Of a stretch of 64,000 nt of DNA, positions 38,378 through 47,586 are shown piece after piece. The notes under the pieces were generated by a model. It saw only the letters and a program-made list of their open reading frames with translations, searched no databases and was not told where the DNA came from. The DNA comes from Calditrichia bacterium. GTDB taxonomy: Bacteria > Calditrichota > Calditrichia > RBG-13-44-9 > J075. The stretch covers positions 128,001-192,000 of the forward strand of contig JBOEGD010000030.1 in NCBI GenBank assembly GCA_050633245.1, given 5' to 3'. The position numbers were made by a program, and so were the translations under genes. Numbering within the stretch: the stretch's first letter is position 1; each line of letters begins with the position of its first letter.

Positions 38378-38902
38378 CTAAAACAGCCCCAGCTGCTCTC
38401 CAGACTTTCCTTCAGGATTCTGTTCCAGTTTAAGAAGTAAGCGCTTGGCTGCAAGTCCACTGGAGAAACCGGTAAGACTACCATCTTGACCAATAACTCT
38501 ATGACATGGGATAATGATTGGTATCGGATTTTTGCCGTTAGCCATACCCACAGCTCGACTCGCCGTTGGCTGTGAAATGTTCATGGCCAGTTGACCATAT
38601 GAAATCGTTTTACCAAAGGGAATACTTTGAAGAGCCCCCCAAACCTTTTTTTGAAAATCAGTTCCTTGCGGATCTAGCTGAAGAGAAAATGTCTCGAGAG
38701 ATCCTGAAAAATATGCGGTCAATTGCCTAGCTGCCTCAACAAGACAATCGTCGGTCTCAACCCAGGAAGAATCCGGGTTGGCTTTTTCTTTTTCACGTGG
38801 AATAAAAATATGCTGAAGTATTTCCCCCCTCCCAGCCAGAAGAAGTGGCCCTAAGGGAGAGTCGAGATAACGGTAAGTTTCCAAAAGAAAAGGCCTTTCC
38901 AA
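38378..38902 (-). CDS. ogt: Methylated-DNA--protein-cysteine methyltransferase
   Basis: GTDFQKKVW..L..IPFG.TISY, RAVG.ANGKNP and the PCHRV active site. Confidence 0.95.
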   Translation of the reverse strand: MERPFLLETYRYLDSPLGPLLLAGRGEILQHIFIPREKEKANPDSSWVETDDCLVEAARQLTAYFSGSLETFSLQLDPQGTDFQKKVWGALQSIPFGKTISYGQLAMNISQPTASRAVGMANGKNPIPIIIPCHRVIGQDGSLTGFSSGLAAKRLLLKLEQNPEGKSGEQLGLF

Positions 38903-39009
38903 ATACTAAAGATTCTTCAGTAAGCTGATACAATGGTGTTAAGTAATCTTTCCTAATGACAATCTGTTCAAAAACTGAATAGAAAATGGAATCTGTCGGT
39001 TAGCGACAG

Positions 39010-39290
39010 TCCTTAGTAGTAATATAAACTATATACTAATTATATATGTACTACTTACTACTCTTATTATTACTCTGTGGGAAATGTGGAAAACTGCTGC
39101 AATGGCGTCTATTCGCAATAATCGTGTTGGTACAGTGTTAATTAAGTGTAAATGACTTGTGTATCTATTGTGAAAAGCTTCGTTAACTGTTGAAAAAGGG
39201 AAAATTCTTAAACATTGATAAAACAGTTTGAACACTTTTTAAACAAGTTACTAACATAGTTTTCAACATAATTGTGGAAAACTATGTTGC
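39010..39290. other. Chromosomal replication origin (oriC) candidate
   Basis: AT-rich DUE with TAC/TAT triplet repeats (39015-39075); DnaA-box-like TGTGGGAAA (39076) and TGTGGAAAA (39085, 39273); phased weak boxes; apparent GC-skew inversion; nearby parS sites and mnmG. Confidence 0.85.
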
Positions 39291-39344
39291 TGTTTCTGGT
39301 CTATTTTGGCTGACGTTTCATTCTATCTTAAATAGTTATAAAAG

Positions 39345-39380
39345 AAAAAGGATCCGAAGTATTTTCTTCGGATCCTTTTA
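39345..39380. terminator. Bidirectional terminator downstream of mscL
   Basis: AAAAGGATCCGAAG-TATTTT-CTTCGGATCCTTTT. Confidence 0.8.
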
Positions 39381-39402
39381 AATGTGGTTCGGTCTTAAAA
39401 GC

Positions 39403-39801
39403 TTACTTTTTCAACAGATCACGAATTTCTGTAAGCAGTGTCTCTTCTTTTGTCGGTGCAGGCGGTGCTGCTGGTGCGGCTTCTTCTTTTTTCTTCAGAT
39501 TGTTAATCCAGCGAACCATCATAAAGATTGCGAATGCAATAATAGTAAAATCCACAATGTTTTGTATAAACGCGCCATAATTCAACATAACCGGCTCAGC
39601 CTCGCCAACGGCATCCTTGAGCGTAATTGCCAGATCACTGAAGTCTACACCACCCAGTAGTAAACCAAGCGGCGGCATTAATACATCACTTACGAATGAA
39701 GAAACAATCTTACCGAAAGCCCCTCCAATAATAATACCGACAGCCATATCGATGACATTGCCTTTTACGGCAAAGTCTCTAAATTCATTCATTAAAGCCA
39801 T
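39403..39801 (-). CDS. mscL: Large-conductance mechanosensitive channel
   Basis: [30 protein letters not shown] and LLTEIRDLL. Confidence 0.98.
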   Translation of the reverse strand: MALMNEFRDFAVKGNVIDMAVGIIIGGAFGKIVSSFVSDVLMPPLGLLLGGVDFSDLAITLKDAVGEAEPVMLNYGAFIQNIVDFTIIAFAIFMMVRWINNLKKKEEAAPAAPPAPTKEETLLTEIRDLLKK

Positions 39802-39938
39802 TTTGTACTACCTCCAAGAAAGTTCTATTAAATATATATTTAAGTCACACATCCCCCGAGTGAACCACATACTTTTACTATGTCAAGAATAAGTAAAAGC
39901 TCGAAAATATACCGAATAGGCTGAATATATTCAATAGC

Positions 39939-40694
39939 TTAAATGGAATTGAATTCGGGGTTGTCTGACAATAGGTCTTGCATGCTAAATAAGCCAGCTT
40001 GTTGATTTGGAAGCCAGCGTAATGCAGCCATCACGCCATGAACATATGCTGCATACGAAAGTGTCTTATGCGAGATGGAGAGGGATTCGCAGCCGTAAAA
40101 CAGATGTACCTGTTCTTCCGCGCAGGAATTGCCTCCGCGCAAAGAATGGATTTTAGGTAAACGTTCTTCCGGGTTCAATATCTCGTTCGAGCTCCTGAGG
40201 TGACCGGAAATAATATTGCTTAGTTGAACTGCCGAAGCTGCAGGTGATTCTTTTACCATGCGGCTGCCAATATCTATTATTTCCGCGTCAAACCTTCCGC
40301 TTAACTTTTCCACAGCGTCTTCCAGTAGTGAAAAAAGCAGATTCATCCCAATAGAAAAGTTTGATGTTTGAAGAACCGGAGCCGTTTGAGAAAGTTTGAC
40401 TATAGAATCTTGGTGGTCGGAATGTAGAGATGTGGTGCCGGTAATTAGTGGTGTGCTTTTATGCAGACAAGCACGTGCTATTGCCGCTGCCCCAGCTCCG
40501 GAAGAAAAGTCTACAACGATGTCTGTGTCTTCAAGTAATTCCGTCGGAGAGGTCGTAACAATAATTTCATCGGCGTAATACGCCTCAAGTGTATCGACAC
40601 CGCCAATGAGAATGAAATCTTGCTCCTGAAGTATTTTAGAACAAAGCACCTGGCCCATCTTACCCAAGATGCCATTGATAATAATTCGCAACAT
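39939..40694 (-). CDS. dapB: DapB (HTPA reductase) homologue lacking catalytic residues
   Basis: GILGKMG Rossmann motif, VVDFS, ITGTT and SNFSIG retained; the EAHHRHKVDAPSGT motif reads DIGSRMVKESPAAS. Confidence 0.75.
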   Translation of the reverse strand: MLRIIINGILGKMGQVLCSKILQEQDFILIGGVDTLEAYYADEIIVTTSPTELLEDTDIVVDFSSGAGAAAIARACLHKSTPLITGTTSLHSDHQDSIVKLSQTAPVLQTSNFSIGMNLLFSLLEDAVEKLSGRFDAEIIDIGSRMVKESPAASAVQLSNIISGHLRSSNEILNPEERLPKIHSLRGGNSCAEEQVHLFYGCESLSISHKTLSYAAYVHGVMAALRWLPNQQAGLFSMQDLLSDNPEFNSI

Positions 40695-40880
40695 AGTTTC
40701 CCCCAAAACTTGTTTCGCACAAAATATTCAGAAGAATATATCTCTTTGTCAGGAGTAATCAAAAAAACAGGTGCAGGGAGCAAAATATAATAAAAATGGA
40801 GTGTAGAGGAAAAGCAAGAAACGAGCAGAAGATCAAGGAGATTTGTCCGGTTTTTGCTGCCTCTTACCTCTTGTGGTAAA

Positions 40881-41465
40881 CTAGCGCTCGATCCAATTAG
40901 CGAGTATGGTTTCGCGTTGTTCTTCGGTGAGCTCAGGGTTTGGATAGCGCTCCTTTAGAATTCGTTGGCGACAGGCTTCATACAAGACTACGGCGGTTGC
41001 CACTGAAACATTGAGGCTTTGCGTCATACCAAATTGAGGGACATAAATAATTTCATCTGCTACAGAACGGGAGTTGTCTGTTACGCCATTATGTTCATTA
41101 CCCATGATAATTGCTGAGGGCTGAGTCCAATCTACCTCATATATGGATTTGGCATTCGCGTCTAATGCTGTGGCATAAATGGTGAAGCCATCTTCCTTTA
41201 AGCGGCTTCGTAAATCAGCGGCGCTGGCATGACGTTCGGTATCGATCCACTTAGACGCAGAACCAGACGTTTGATTGGCCAGTGCAGGAAACTTGTGTCC
41301 GTCGGTATAGAGCAGGTGGATTTTCTCAATTCCAATTGCATCACAAGAACGAAGCATTGCACTAACGTTGTGATTGTCATAAATGTTTTCACAAACCACC
41401 GTTATATCCTGTTGGCGGTTCTTTATGACACGCTGCATTTTTTCTACACGACGCTGAGTAGGCAT
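40881..41465 (-). CDS. trmH: tRNA (guanosine-2'-O)-methyltransferase, TrmH/SpoU family
   Basis: HNVSAMLRSCDA, MGNEHNGV and QSLNVSVA SPOUT motifs. Confidence 0.9.
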   Translation of the reverse strand: MPTQRRVEKMQRVIKNRQQDITVVCENIYDNHNVSAMLRSCDAIGIEKIHLLYTDGHKFPALANQTSGSASKWIDTERHASAADLRSRLKEDGFTIYATALDANAKSIYEVDWTQPSAIIMGNEHNGVTDNSRSVADEIIYVPQFGMTQSLNVSVATAVVLYEACRQRILKERYPNPELTEEQRETILANWIER

Positions 41466-41606
41466 AAATACTCCGGAATTATGGTACAGGTAAGATTATA
41501 GGAAAAAAAATCCCGGAAAGAAAGATCGTAAAGAAACAACTTGTTTTTTGCTACTATCACCAATTAACTTTAAAGCTGCACCCTGCATAAAATTAAGGAG
41601 GATAGA

Positions 41607-42293
41607 ATGGCTAAGAAAGATGAAGTCGAAGAGGCTGTGGAAGAGAAGTCTGAGACGGAAGAAACTGCGGAAGAGCTGGAGAAGAAGCAAAAAGAAGAAT
41701 TTGACAAGGAGCTTCAAGCAATTGAAAAGCGTCTGGAAAAAGGAGACGACCTTGAATCTTCTTCAGAAGATATTTCTGTTCTTTTAAAAGCGGGTTCTGT
41801 GTACTATTGCCAGCGTTGTCGAAGTATTTACTTTCGCAACAAGTGGATTAAGGACAATATTACTGATATGTATCTTGTTCGTACCGAGCTGGCACTTTGC
41901 GATACATGCCTTAAAGAAAATGGTGAGCATTTTGTAAGTAGTTTGGAGATCTACGACTCCGGACTAAAGTCTCGCCGTAAAGCATTTGAAAAGCTCGCTC
42001 GTACCGTGCAGAATCGCTTGGAAAACCGCCCGCCTTTTGAAAAGGTGTTGAATACGGTTGAACGCGATGGGGTCATGTATATTTTTTCTAATACGACTCG
42101 TCTCTCGGTTGAGATTTCGAAAGAGTTGCGTGCTGAATATCATGGAACGGTTCAATATGAATGGTTTGAACGCAATCAGTATTTACGAGCGCGCTGGTAT
42201 GCTTCGATGGAGGAGCGTGAAGTCTTTGCCGATCGAATAAAGCAAGCCCGGGCACATCGCTTTGGTGTTTTTGCCTTTGAAGATCGTTTCTAA
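41607..42293 (+). CDS. BCAM0308/NMD3-related zinc-ribbon protein with acidic N-terminal extension
   Basis: CQRC...W...CDTC pairs; C-terminal GTVQYEW....LRARW; GGAGG RBS. Confidence 0.6.
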   Translation: MAKKDEVEEAVEEKSETEETAEELEKKQKEEFDKELQAIEKRLEKGDDLESSSEDISVLLKAGSVYYCQRCRSIYFRNKWIKDNITDMYLVRTELALCDTCLKENGEHFVSSLEIYDSGLKSRRKAFEKLARTVQNRLENRPPFEKVLNTVERDGVMYIFSNTTRLSVEISKELRAEYHGTVQYEWFERNQYLRARWYASMEEREVFADRIKQARAHRFGVFAFEDRF

Positions 42294-42336
42294 CATTTTA
42301 TAAGAAATTGTTGCGATATACTCCGGTGCCTATGCT

Positions 42337-43095
42337 ATGAAAAAATCTGAAACGTTTAAGAAGCTCCAGCGGATTAAGGAAGAAAAGGGCACCGGGTTCG
42401 TTCTGTTGCTGGACCCTGAAAAGCTTCCGCCGGAGAGTATTGAGTCAACTGTTCATCGCGCCATTGAAAATGGCGTTGATGTCTTTTTTGTTGGCGGTAG
42501 CCTGCTCTTCGGAGAACATTTTGACCAAACTATCCAGTTTGTAAAAGCCGCGGCGGGAAATCATCCGGTCGTTATCTTTCCCGGAAGCCTGCAACAGCTT
42601 TCTCCCCATGCCGATGCCTTGCTTTTTTTAAGCTTAATTAGCGGTCGAAACCCGGAACATCTTATCGGCAGTCAGGTTATTGCAGCGCCGATTGTACGGC
42701 AAATGCAGCTTGAAGCCATTTCTTGCGGCTACATGCTTATAGAATCCGGAAAAATTACCAGTGCTGAGTTTATTAGCAATTCCAAACCCATTCCACGTGA
42801 TAAACCAGGTATCGCTCTGGCGCATGTGTTGGCGGCAGAATATCTCGGTCTGCAGTCGGTATATCTCGAAGCGGGCAGTGGTGCACAACAATCCGTTCCG
42901 AAAGAAATGATACATCTTGTCAGTAAACATACCGACGTTATGCTTTTTGCCGGAGGTGGGATTCGCACGGCAGAAGCTGCAGCGGAAAAAGCTGCGGCTG
43001 GTGCAGATTTTGTCGTCGTGGGTAATTTCTTTGAGGCAGAGGAACATCGAAATAAAATTCGCGAGTTTGCAGACGCCATACATCGTGTCAAATAA
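42337..43095 (+). CDS. Geranylgeranylglyceryl phosphate synthase (group II GGGPS/PcrB family)
   Basis: LLDPEK, FVGGS, IFPG, LSLISGRNP.HLIG, GYMLIESG, YLEAGSGA and GGGIR. Confidence 0.92.
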   Translation: MKKSETFKKLQRIKEEKGTGFVLLLDPEKLPPESIESTVHRAIENGVDVFFVGGSLLFGEHFDQTIQFVKAAAGNHPVVIFPGSLQQLSPHADALLFLSLISGRNPEHLIGSQVIAAPIVRQMQLEAISCGYMLIESGKITSAEFISNSKPIPRDKPGIALAHVLAAEYLGLQSVYLEAGSGAQQSVPKEMIHLVSKHTDVMLFAGGGIRTAEAAAEKAAAGADFVVVGNFFEAEEHRNKIREFADAIHRVK

Positions 43096-43115
43096 TTGTT
43101 ACCTGAGAGACGTTT

Positions 43116-43703
43116 ATGAAAATGTTTGCAACAGAAATTCGCAGTCAGATTGAAGAAAATATCCGCGTTAAACAAGCACTTTTGGAAAACTGTGAAGACG
43201 TTATCGCACAGTGCGCTGAAATATTGATTGCTTCTCTGCAAAATGGTGGAAAATTGCTTCTCTGTGGAAATGGTGGCAGTGCTGCAGATGCGCAGCATCT
43301 GGCTGCAGAATTGGTCGTGCGGTTGCGTGGCAGTTTTAAGCGTCCGGCTATTCCGGCAATGGCGCTGACTGTCGACTCGTCTATTTTAACAGCCGGCGGC
43401 AATGACTTGGGTTTTCAACAGATATTCGCACGCCAGGTAGAAGCATTTGGCAAACCGGAGGACGTGCTGATTGGTATTTCGACAAGCGGAAATAGCAATA
43501 ATGTGCTTGAGGCTGTAGAGGTTGCTGCGGCAAATAAAATGAAGACGATTGCTTTGCTTGGAGGCAGTGGTGGTGCTCTTAGCGAGCTGGTCGATCTCTC
43601 GCTGATTGTTCCCTCAAGCAATACGGCTCGTATTCAGGAATGCCACATTTTGGTTGGACACATTTTGTGCCTGCTGATTGAAGAGGCGCTTTTTAAGCGA
43701 TGA
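43116..43703 (+). CDS. gmhA: D-sedoheptulose-7-phosphate isomerase
   Basis: CGNGGSAADAQH, FARQVEA, GISTSGNS and TARIQECH. Confidence 0.96.
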   Translation: MKMFATEIRSQIEENIRVKQALLENCEDVIAQCAEILIASLQNGGKLLLCGNGGSAADAQHLAAELVVRLRGSFKRPAIPAMALTVDSSILTAGGNDLGFQQIFARQVEAFGKPEDVLIGISTSGNSNNVLEAVEVAAANKMKTIALLGGSGGALSELVDLSLIVPSSNTARIQECHILVGHILCLLIEEALFKR

Positions 43704-43758
43704 GTTATGAATGCTGATTGGTGTGATTCTTCTATTGAACTAAACTTAATTTATTTCT

Positions 43759-43815
43759 GCCCTCTGACTATGTTCAGGTAGTAGGTGACGACGTTCCCTG
43801 AGTGTAGCCGAGGGA
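43759..43815. repeat. Degenerate inverted pair of CCCTGAGYGTAGYCGAGGG-type REP units
   Basis: CCCTCTGACTATGTTCAGG followed by TCCCTGAGTGTAGCCGAGGGA; same family as the units at 532-618. Confidence 0.55.
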
Positions 43816-44093
43816 GATTTGGTAAGTCCGTTTGAAAGAGCCCGCATTTTTAACACATATTGGCTTGATAGCTGACGCCTGGTTGTAATTGATGTTTACT
43901 AAAAATTCTTGAAATAACTGGATAACCACACCGTGACTATTGCTTTTTTGCTTCCCTTAAAAAAGGCTCTAAACCTATTTCGGTTATGTTGACAATTAAT
44001 GGTTTTTTTGTCTTATCTCTTTTAAGTCCTTTAAATACTTTATCCTATTAAATCCATTTCATCTTATTAATCTATGTTTGGAGTAATATCTAT

Positions 44094-44495
44094 ATGAAAG
44101 TCGCATATGTGTTTGCTTTACCGCGTTCAGCAAGTTATAAATTAGCTCAAATGATTCTTCCACAGCTTGAGGCAGGAACACATGGTGTTGAAGTTGTCGG
44201 AATGTTTTTCTTTGATGATAATACCTTTGTTTTGAGTAAGGGTGACCCAGTTGGTGAGCGCTTAGCCAAGGTTGCTAAAGAGAAGAATATTATGCTAATG
44301 ATGTGTGATATGTGCGCGTTAGAGAGAAATCTTGCCGAAGGTGAGCCACGTTGGTGTGATAAGGATGGCAAGGGACGAAGCGAGCCGGGTCAAGTTCGCA
44401 CCGTAAATGTTGTTGATGGTGTGCATGTTGGCTGTTTTCCGGATCTCTACACGGCGCTTTCCGGGAATATGCCTGACCAGGTGATCACCTTATAA
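44094..44495 (+). CDS. DsrE-like (SaoD/DsrE-type) sulfur-relay protein
   Basis: MILPQLEAGTHGVEVVGMFFFDDN, CDMCALER and GCFPDLY. Confidence 0.75.
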   Translation: MKVAYVFALPRSASYKLAQMILPQLEAGTHGVEVVGMFFFDDNTFVLSKGDPVGERLAKVAKEKNIMLMMCDMCALERNLAEGEPRWCDKDGKGRSEPGQVRTVNVVDGVHVGCFPDLYTALSGNMPDQVITL

Positions 44496-44548
44496 TTGAT
44501 GATTGATGATTGATAATTGATGAATGATGAATCATCACTAATAAATCT

Positions 44549-45301
44549 TCACTCATCAACTGTAAGTCTGTCCATCGCAATTAAGGTGCCGGCAATTGTT
44601 CCGTAGGTTGGGGCTGCAAACCAGCCGATTATCGGGATAAATAGCAGCAACACGAATCCGGCTCCGATTCCCAAAACATAACCACGGTTTTGTTTAACGA
44701 AGTCGATGCTTTGGCGATAGCTGAAGCGTCGTCTTTCCAGAGCATAATCTATCAACCCTGCCCCGCCATAATACGATTGAATGCAAAAAATAAGTAATGT
44801 GGAAGCAATTGCTCCTGCTACTGGCACGAAAACCAGTAGCCAGGCCGCTGCTGAAAACGTTGTGCTGAGGGTTAGCCCACGGGCATTGATATATAGCCCG
44901 CGTCGCAGATCTCGAAAAAGTTGTGACATTGAAAATGCCGGAGGTTCTTCTCCATACACCAGCTTTTCAGTGCGCTCAGATAATGACCCTAGAATTGGTG
45001 CAAATACTATCAGAATAATGTGTTTGTAGGATATAAATATGAGTAGAGCCAATAAAATCCAAAGTAAAACTTGGGTGATGATGCGGGTGGCCTGGTGCTG
45101 TAGCGCATCAGGTATCCAGTTGGCGTTAACATAAGCGGATATATCGTCGAACCAACTTCCACCGATGGTTATTAGAATGCCGATGTAAATGACACTCAAT
45201 AGTCCGGGTAAAATTAAGTATGGCCACAGACGATGCTTAAAAATTACGCGATGGGCTCGAAAGTAAGCAGCGAACCCTTTGAATATTCCGGCTATGAACA
45301 T
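44549..45301 (-). CDS. EI24/CysZ domain membrane protein
   Basis: ILIVFAPILGSLSERTE, DYALERR and multiple TM segments. Confidence 0.85.
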   Translation of the reverse strand: MFIAGIFKGFAAYFRAHRVIFKHRLWPYLILPGLLSVIYIGILITIGGSWFDDISAYVNANWIPDALQHQATRIITQVLLWILLALLIFISYKHIILIVFAPILGSLSERTEKLVYGEEPPAFSMSQLFRDLRRGLYINARGLTLSTTFSAAAWLLVFVPVAGAIASTLLIFCIQSYYGGAGLIDYALERRRFSYRQSIDFVKQNRGYVLGIGAGFVLLLFIPIIGWFAAPTYGTIAGTLIAMDRLTVDE

Positions 45302-45452
45302 AAGTGTATTCCAAGTTCTGAGTTTCGGGTTAAGTTAAAGGCAATAAGGCAATAAGGCAATAAGGCATATGATCCGCGTCAGACTCGGTATAATGAGAAT
45401 CGATATGGTAGACGAACATACTAAATGTTTTGTTTCCAATTCACTGATTGCC

Positions 45453-45480
45453 TGCAACATTTACTTTACCCACCCGTCTA
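45453..45480 (+). promoter_or_regulatory. ECF sigma-type promoter
   Basis: TGCAAC-N16-CGTCTA about 40 bp upstream of the probable ATG. Confidence 0.6.
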
Positions 45481-45518
45481 TTGCATATAGATACTTCACA
45501 CATTATATGGAGAATTCA

Positions 45519-47264
45519 ATGCATTCGAATCATCTTATTAAGAGCATGTTACTATTGCTTATCCTTGCATGTATTCCAATTCTTGCTAAGGGCGAGGCAA
45601 AGAAAATTGATAAACTGCTGCAAAGCTACCACGATATCGGTCAGTTTAATGGAGTGGCCTTGGTTGCCAAAGACGGCAAAATCATCTATGAAAAAGGCTT
45701 TGGGATGGCAAACTTTGAGTGGCAAATTCCGAATACGCCTGATACCAAGTTTCGGATTGGCTCTGTCACAAAGCAGTTTGCCGCTGCTCTAATTTTGCAG
45801 CTTGTAGAAGATGGTAAAGTAGATATTCAAGCCAATATCCGAACCTATATTCCAGACTATCCTGAAAAGACCGGTAACATAATAACCGTTCATCACTTAT
45901 TGACGCACACATCCGGCATTCCGAACTATACCAGTCTTCCGGACTTTCGTAATCACATCCGCAATCCATATACGCCGGATGAGTTTGTTGCTACATTTTC
46001 TGAACTTGAGTTGGATTTTGAGCCGGGGAGCAGCTGGAGCTATAGTAACTCAGGATATTTTCTGCTTGGCGTAATTGTAGAAAAAGTAACCGGCAATAGC
46101 TGGGAGGAAGAATTACAAAGTAGAATTCTAAAGCCACTCGGTATGACCAATAGCGGTTATCAGAATAACGACGATCTAATTTTGCAAATGTCTTCCGGTT
46201 ATTCAAATACAATTGCTTCGGTACAGCCAGCAGCGTATTTGGATACCAGTCTTCCCTATGCGGCAGGAATGATGTATTCAACTGTGCATGATATGTTAAA
46301 GTGGGACCAGGCGTTGTACGGAAATGGGCCTTTTAAAAAAGCGCATACCAAATCGTTGATGTTTACTAAACATGCTGAAGTACCTGGCGATCGTGCAAAT
46401 CACTATGGCTATGGTTGGTTTCTTCACACGCTGGAAGTCGGCGATAAAAAAATCGACGTTATTGAACATGCCGGTGGTATTAACGGATTTTCCGCTCGTT
46501 TTTGGCGTATGCCGACGGAACGCGCGACAATCGTTATCTTTGATAACACCGCCAGTGGCGGAACCGGGCAGGCCGTTCGTGATGTTGCAAAAATTATCCA
46601 CGGTGGTGAAGCAGACATGCCTAAGCAGGGAATTGCACGAGCAATGCGCAAAATGATTGAGCAAAAGGGCGTGGAAAAGGCAATTGCACAGTATCATGAG
46701 CTGAAAAAAAATAAATCAGATGCCTATAACTTTGGGGAAGGTGAACTTAATCGTCTTGGGTATTATTATCTTGGTAACAAAGAAACCGGAACAGCAATTG
46801 CCGTTTTTAAGCTAAACGTCGAGGTTCATCCGGATGCATCAAACCCTTATGATAGTCTGGGCGAGGCCTATATGGCAGCCGGGCAAAATGACTTGGCTAT
46901 TGTCAACTATAAGAAGGCGCTGGAATTAAATCCCGGTATGGGCAGTGCTATTTCTGCACTGGAAAAGCTCGGTGTGAAAATGGAGGACCCGACCGTTGAG
47001 GTTCCAGATGAAGTCTTGACTTCTTATGTCGGTGTTTATGAAATGCAGCCGGGTGTTAATATGACGATCACCAAAAATGAGCAGCAATTAAGCGCTCAGT
47101 TAACCGGTCAGCCTGCGCTGGAGATTTTTCCCTCTACTGAAAACGATTTTTTTCTTAAGGCCGTGAATGCGAGATTGGTTTTTACGCGTGAAGGCGACAA
47201 ACCTGCTTCGCAGGTGACCCTGCATCAAGGTGGTCGTACGGCTGAGATGAAGCGAATAAAATAA
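45519..47264 (+). CDS. Secreted serine hydrolase (beta-lactamase class C/PBP-like) with TPR and DUF3471-like domains
   Basis: SVTK (SxxK), YSN and HAGG motifs; NPYDSLGEAY TPR; ATG 45519 after GGAG. Confidence 0.9.
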   Translation: MHSNHLIKSMLLLLILACIPILAKGEAKKIDKLLQSYHDIGQFNGVALVAKDGKIIYEKGFGMANFEWQIPNTPDTKFRIGSVTKQFAAALILQLVEDGKVDIQANIRTYIPDYPEKTGNIITVHHLLTHTSGIPNYTSLPDFRNHIRNPYTPDEFVATFSELELDFEPGSSWSYSNSGYFLLGVIVEKVTGNSWEEELQSRILKPLGMTNSGYQNNDDLILQMSSGYSNTIASVQPAAYLDTSLPYAAGMMYSTVHDMLKWDQALYGNGPFKKAHTKSLMFTKHAEVPGDRANHYGYGWFLHTLEVGDKKIDVIEHAGGINGFSARFWRMPTERATIVIFDNTASGGTGQAVRDVAKIIHGGEADMPKQGIARAMRKMIEQKGVEKAIAQYHELKKNKSDAYNFGEGELNRLGYYYLGNKETGTAIAVFKLNVEVHPDASNPYDSLGEAYMAAGQNDLAIVNYKKALELNPGMGSAISALEKLGVKMEDPTVEVPDEVLTSYVGVYEMQPGVNMTITKNEQQLSAQLTGQPALEIFPSTENDFFLKAVNARLVFTREGDKPASQVTLHQGGRTAEMKRIK

Positions 47265-47305
47265 CTTCTTGTTGTTCTATTTAGCGGTTCCTGAATGTGG
47301 AACCG

Positions 47306-47572
47306 CTATTTTTTTAGGGCCTTATTGATCTCTTGCAGCGTGGGTTCATTACCCTCTGTTGTCTCCGATAAAACCTTACCGAATTGCTCAATAAGCTCTG
47401 TACTGTCTTTACCTTGAAGTCGGCGATTCATCCATGCGATGGTTTCATCTTGCATAACCGCTGTTCTTAGCCAATGATTTACCAGGCTGTTAAATGAAAT
47501 ATTGTTTTTCTTAGCCAGGCGCATTGCTTTTTCTTTTAACTCGTCTGGAATGCGTATAGACATTGCACTCAT
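47306..47572 (-). CDS. Ribbon-helix-helix antitoxin
   Basis: MSIRIPDELKEKAMRLAKKNNISFNSLV; lies downstream of a PIN gene. Confidence 0.8.
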   Translation of the reverse strand: MSAMSIRIPDELKEKAMRLAKKNNISFNSLVNHWLRTAVMQDETIAWMNRRLQGKDSTELIEQFGKVLSETTEGNEPTLQEINKALKK

Positions 47573-47586
47573 AGTTTGAACTCCTT

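Noticed and set aside
39029-39235. 68-aa ORF in the ogt-mscL spacer
   Set aside because: It overlaps the DnaA-box arrays and DUE and has no protein-like features; the region is better explained as oriC.
43704-44093. Riboswitch or ncRNA upstream of the DsrE-like gene
   Set aside because: No recognisable aptamer consensus; the structured part is explained by degenerate REP units. An Infernal/Rfam scan would settle it.
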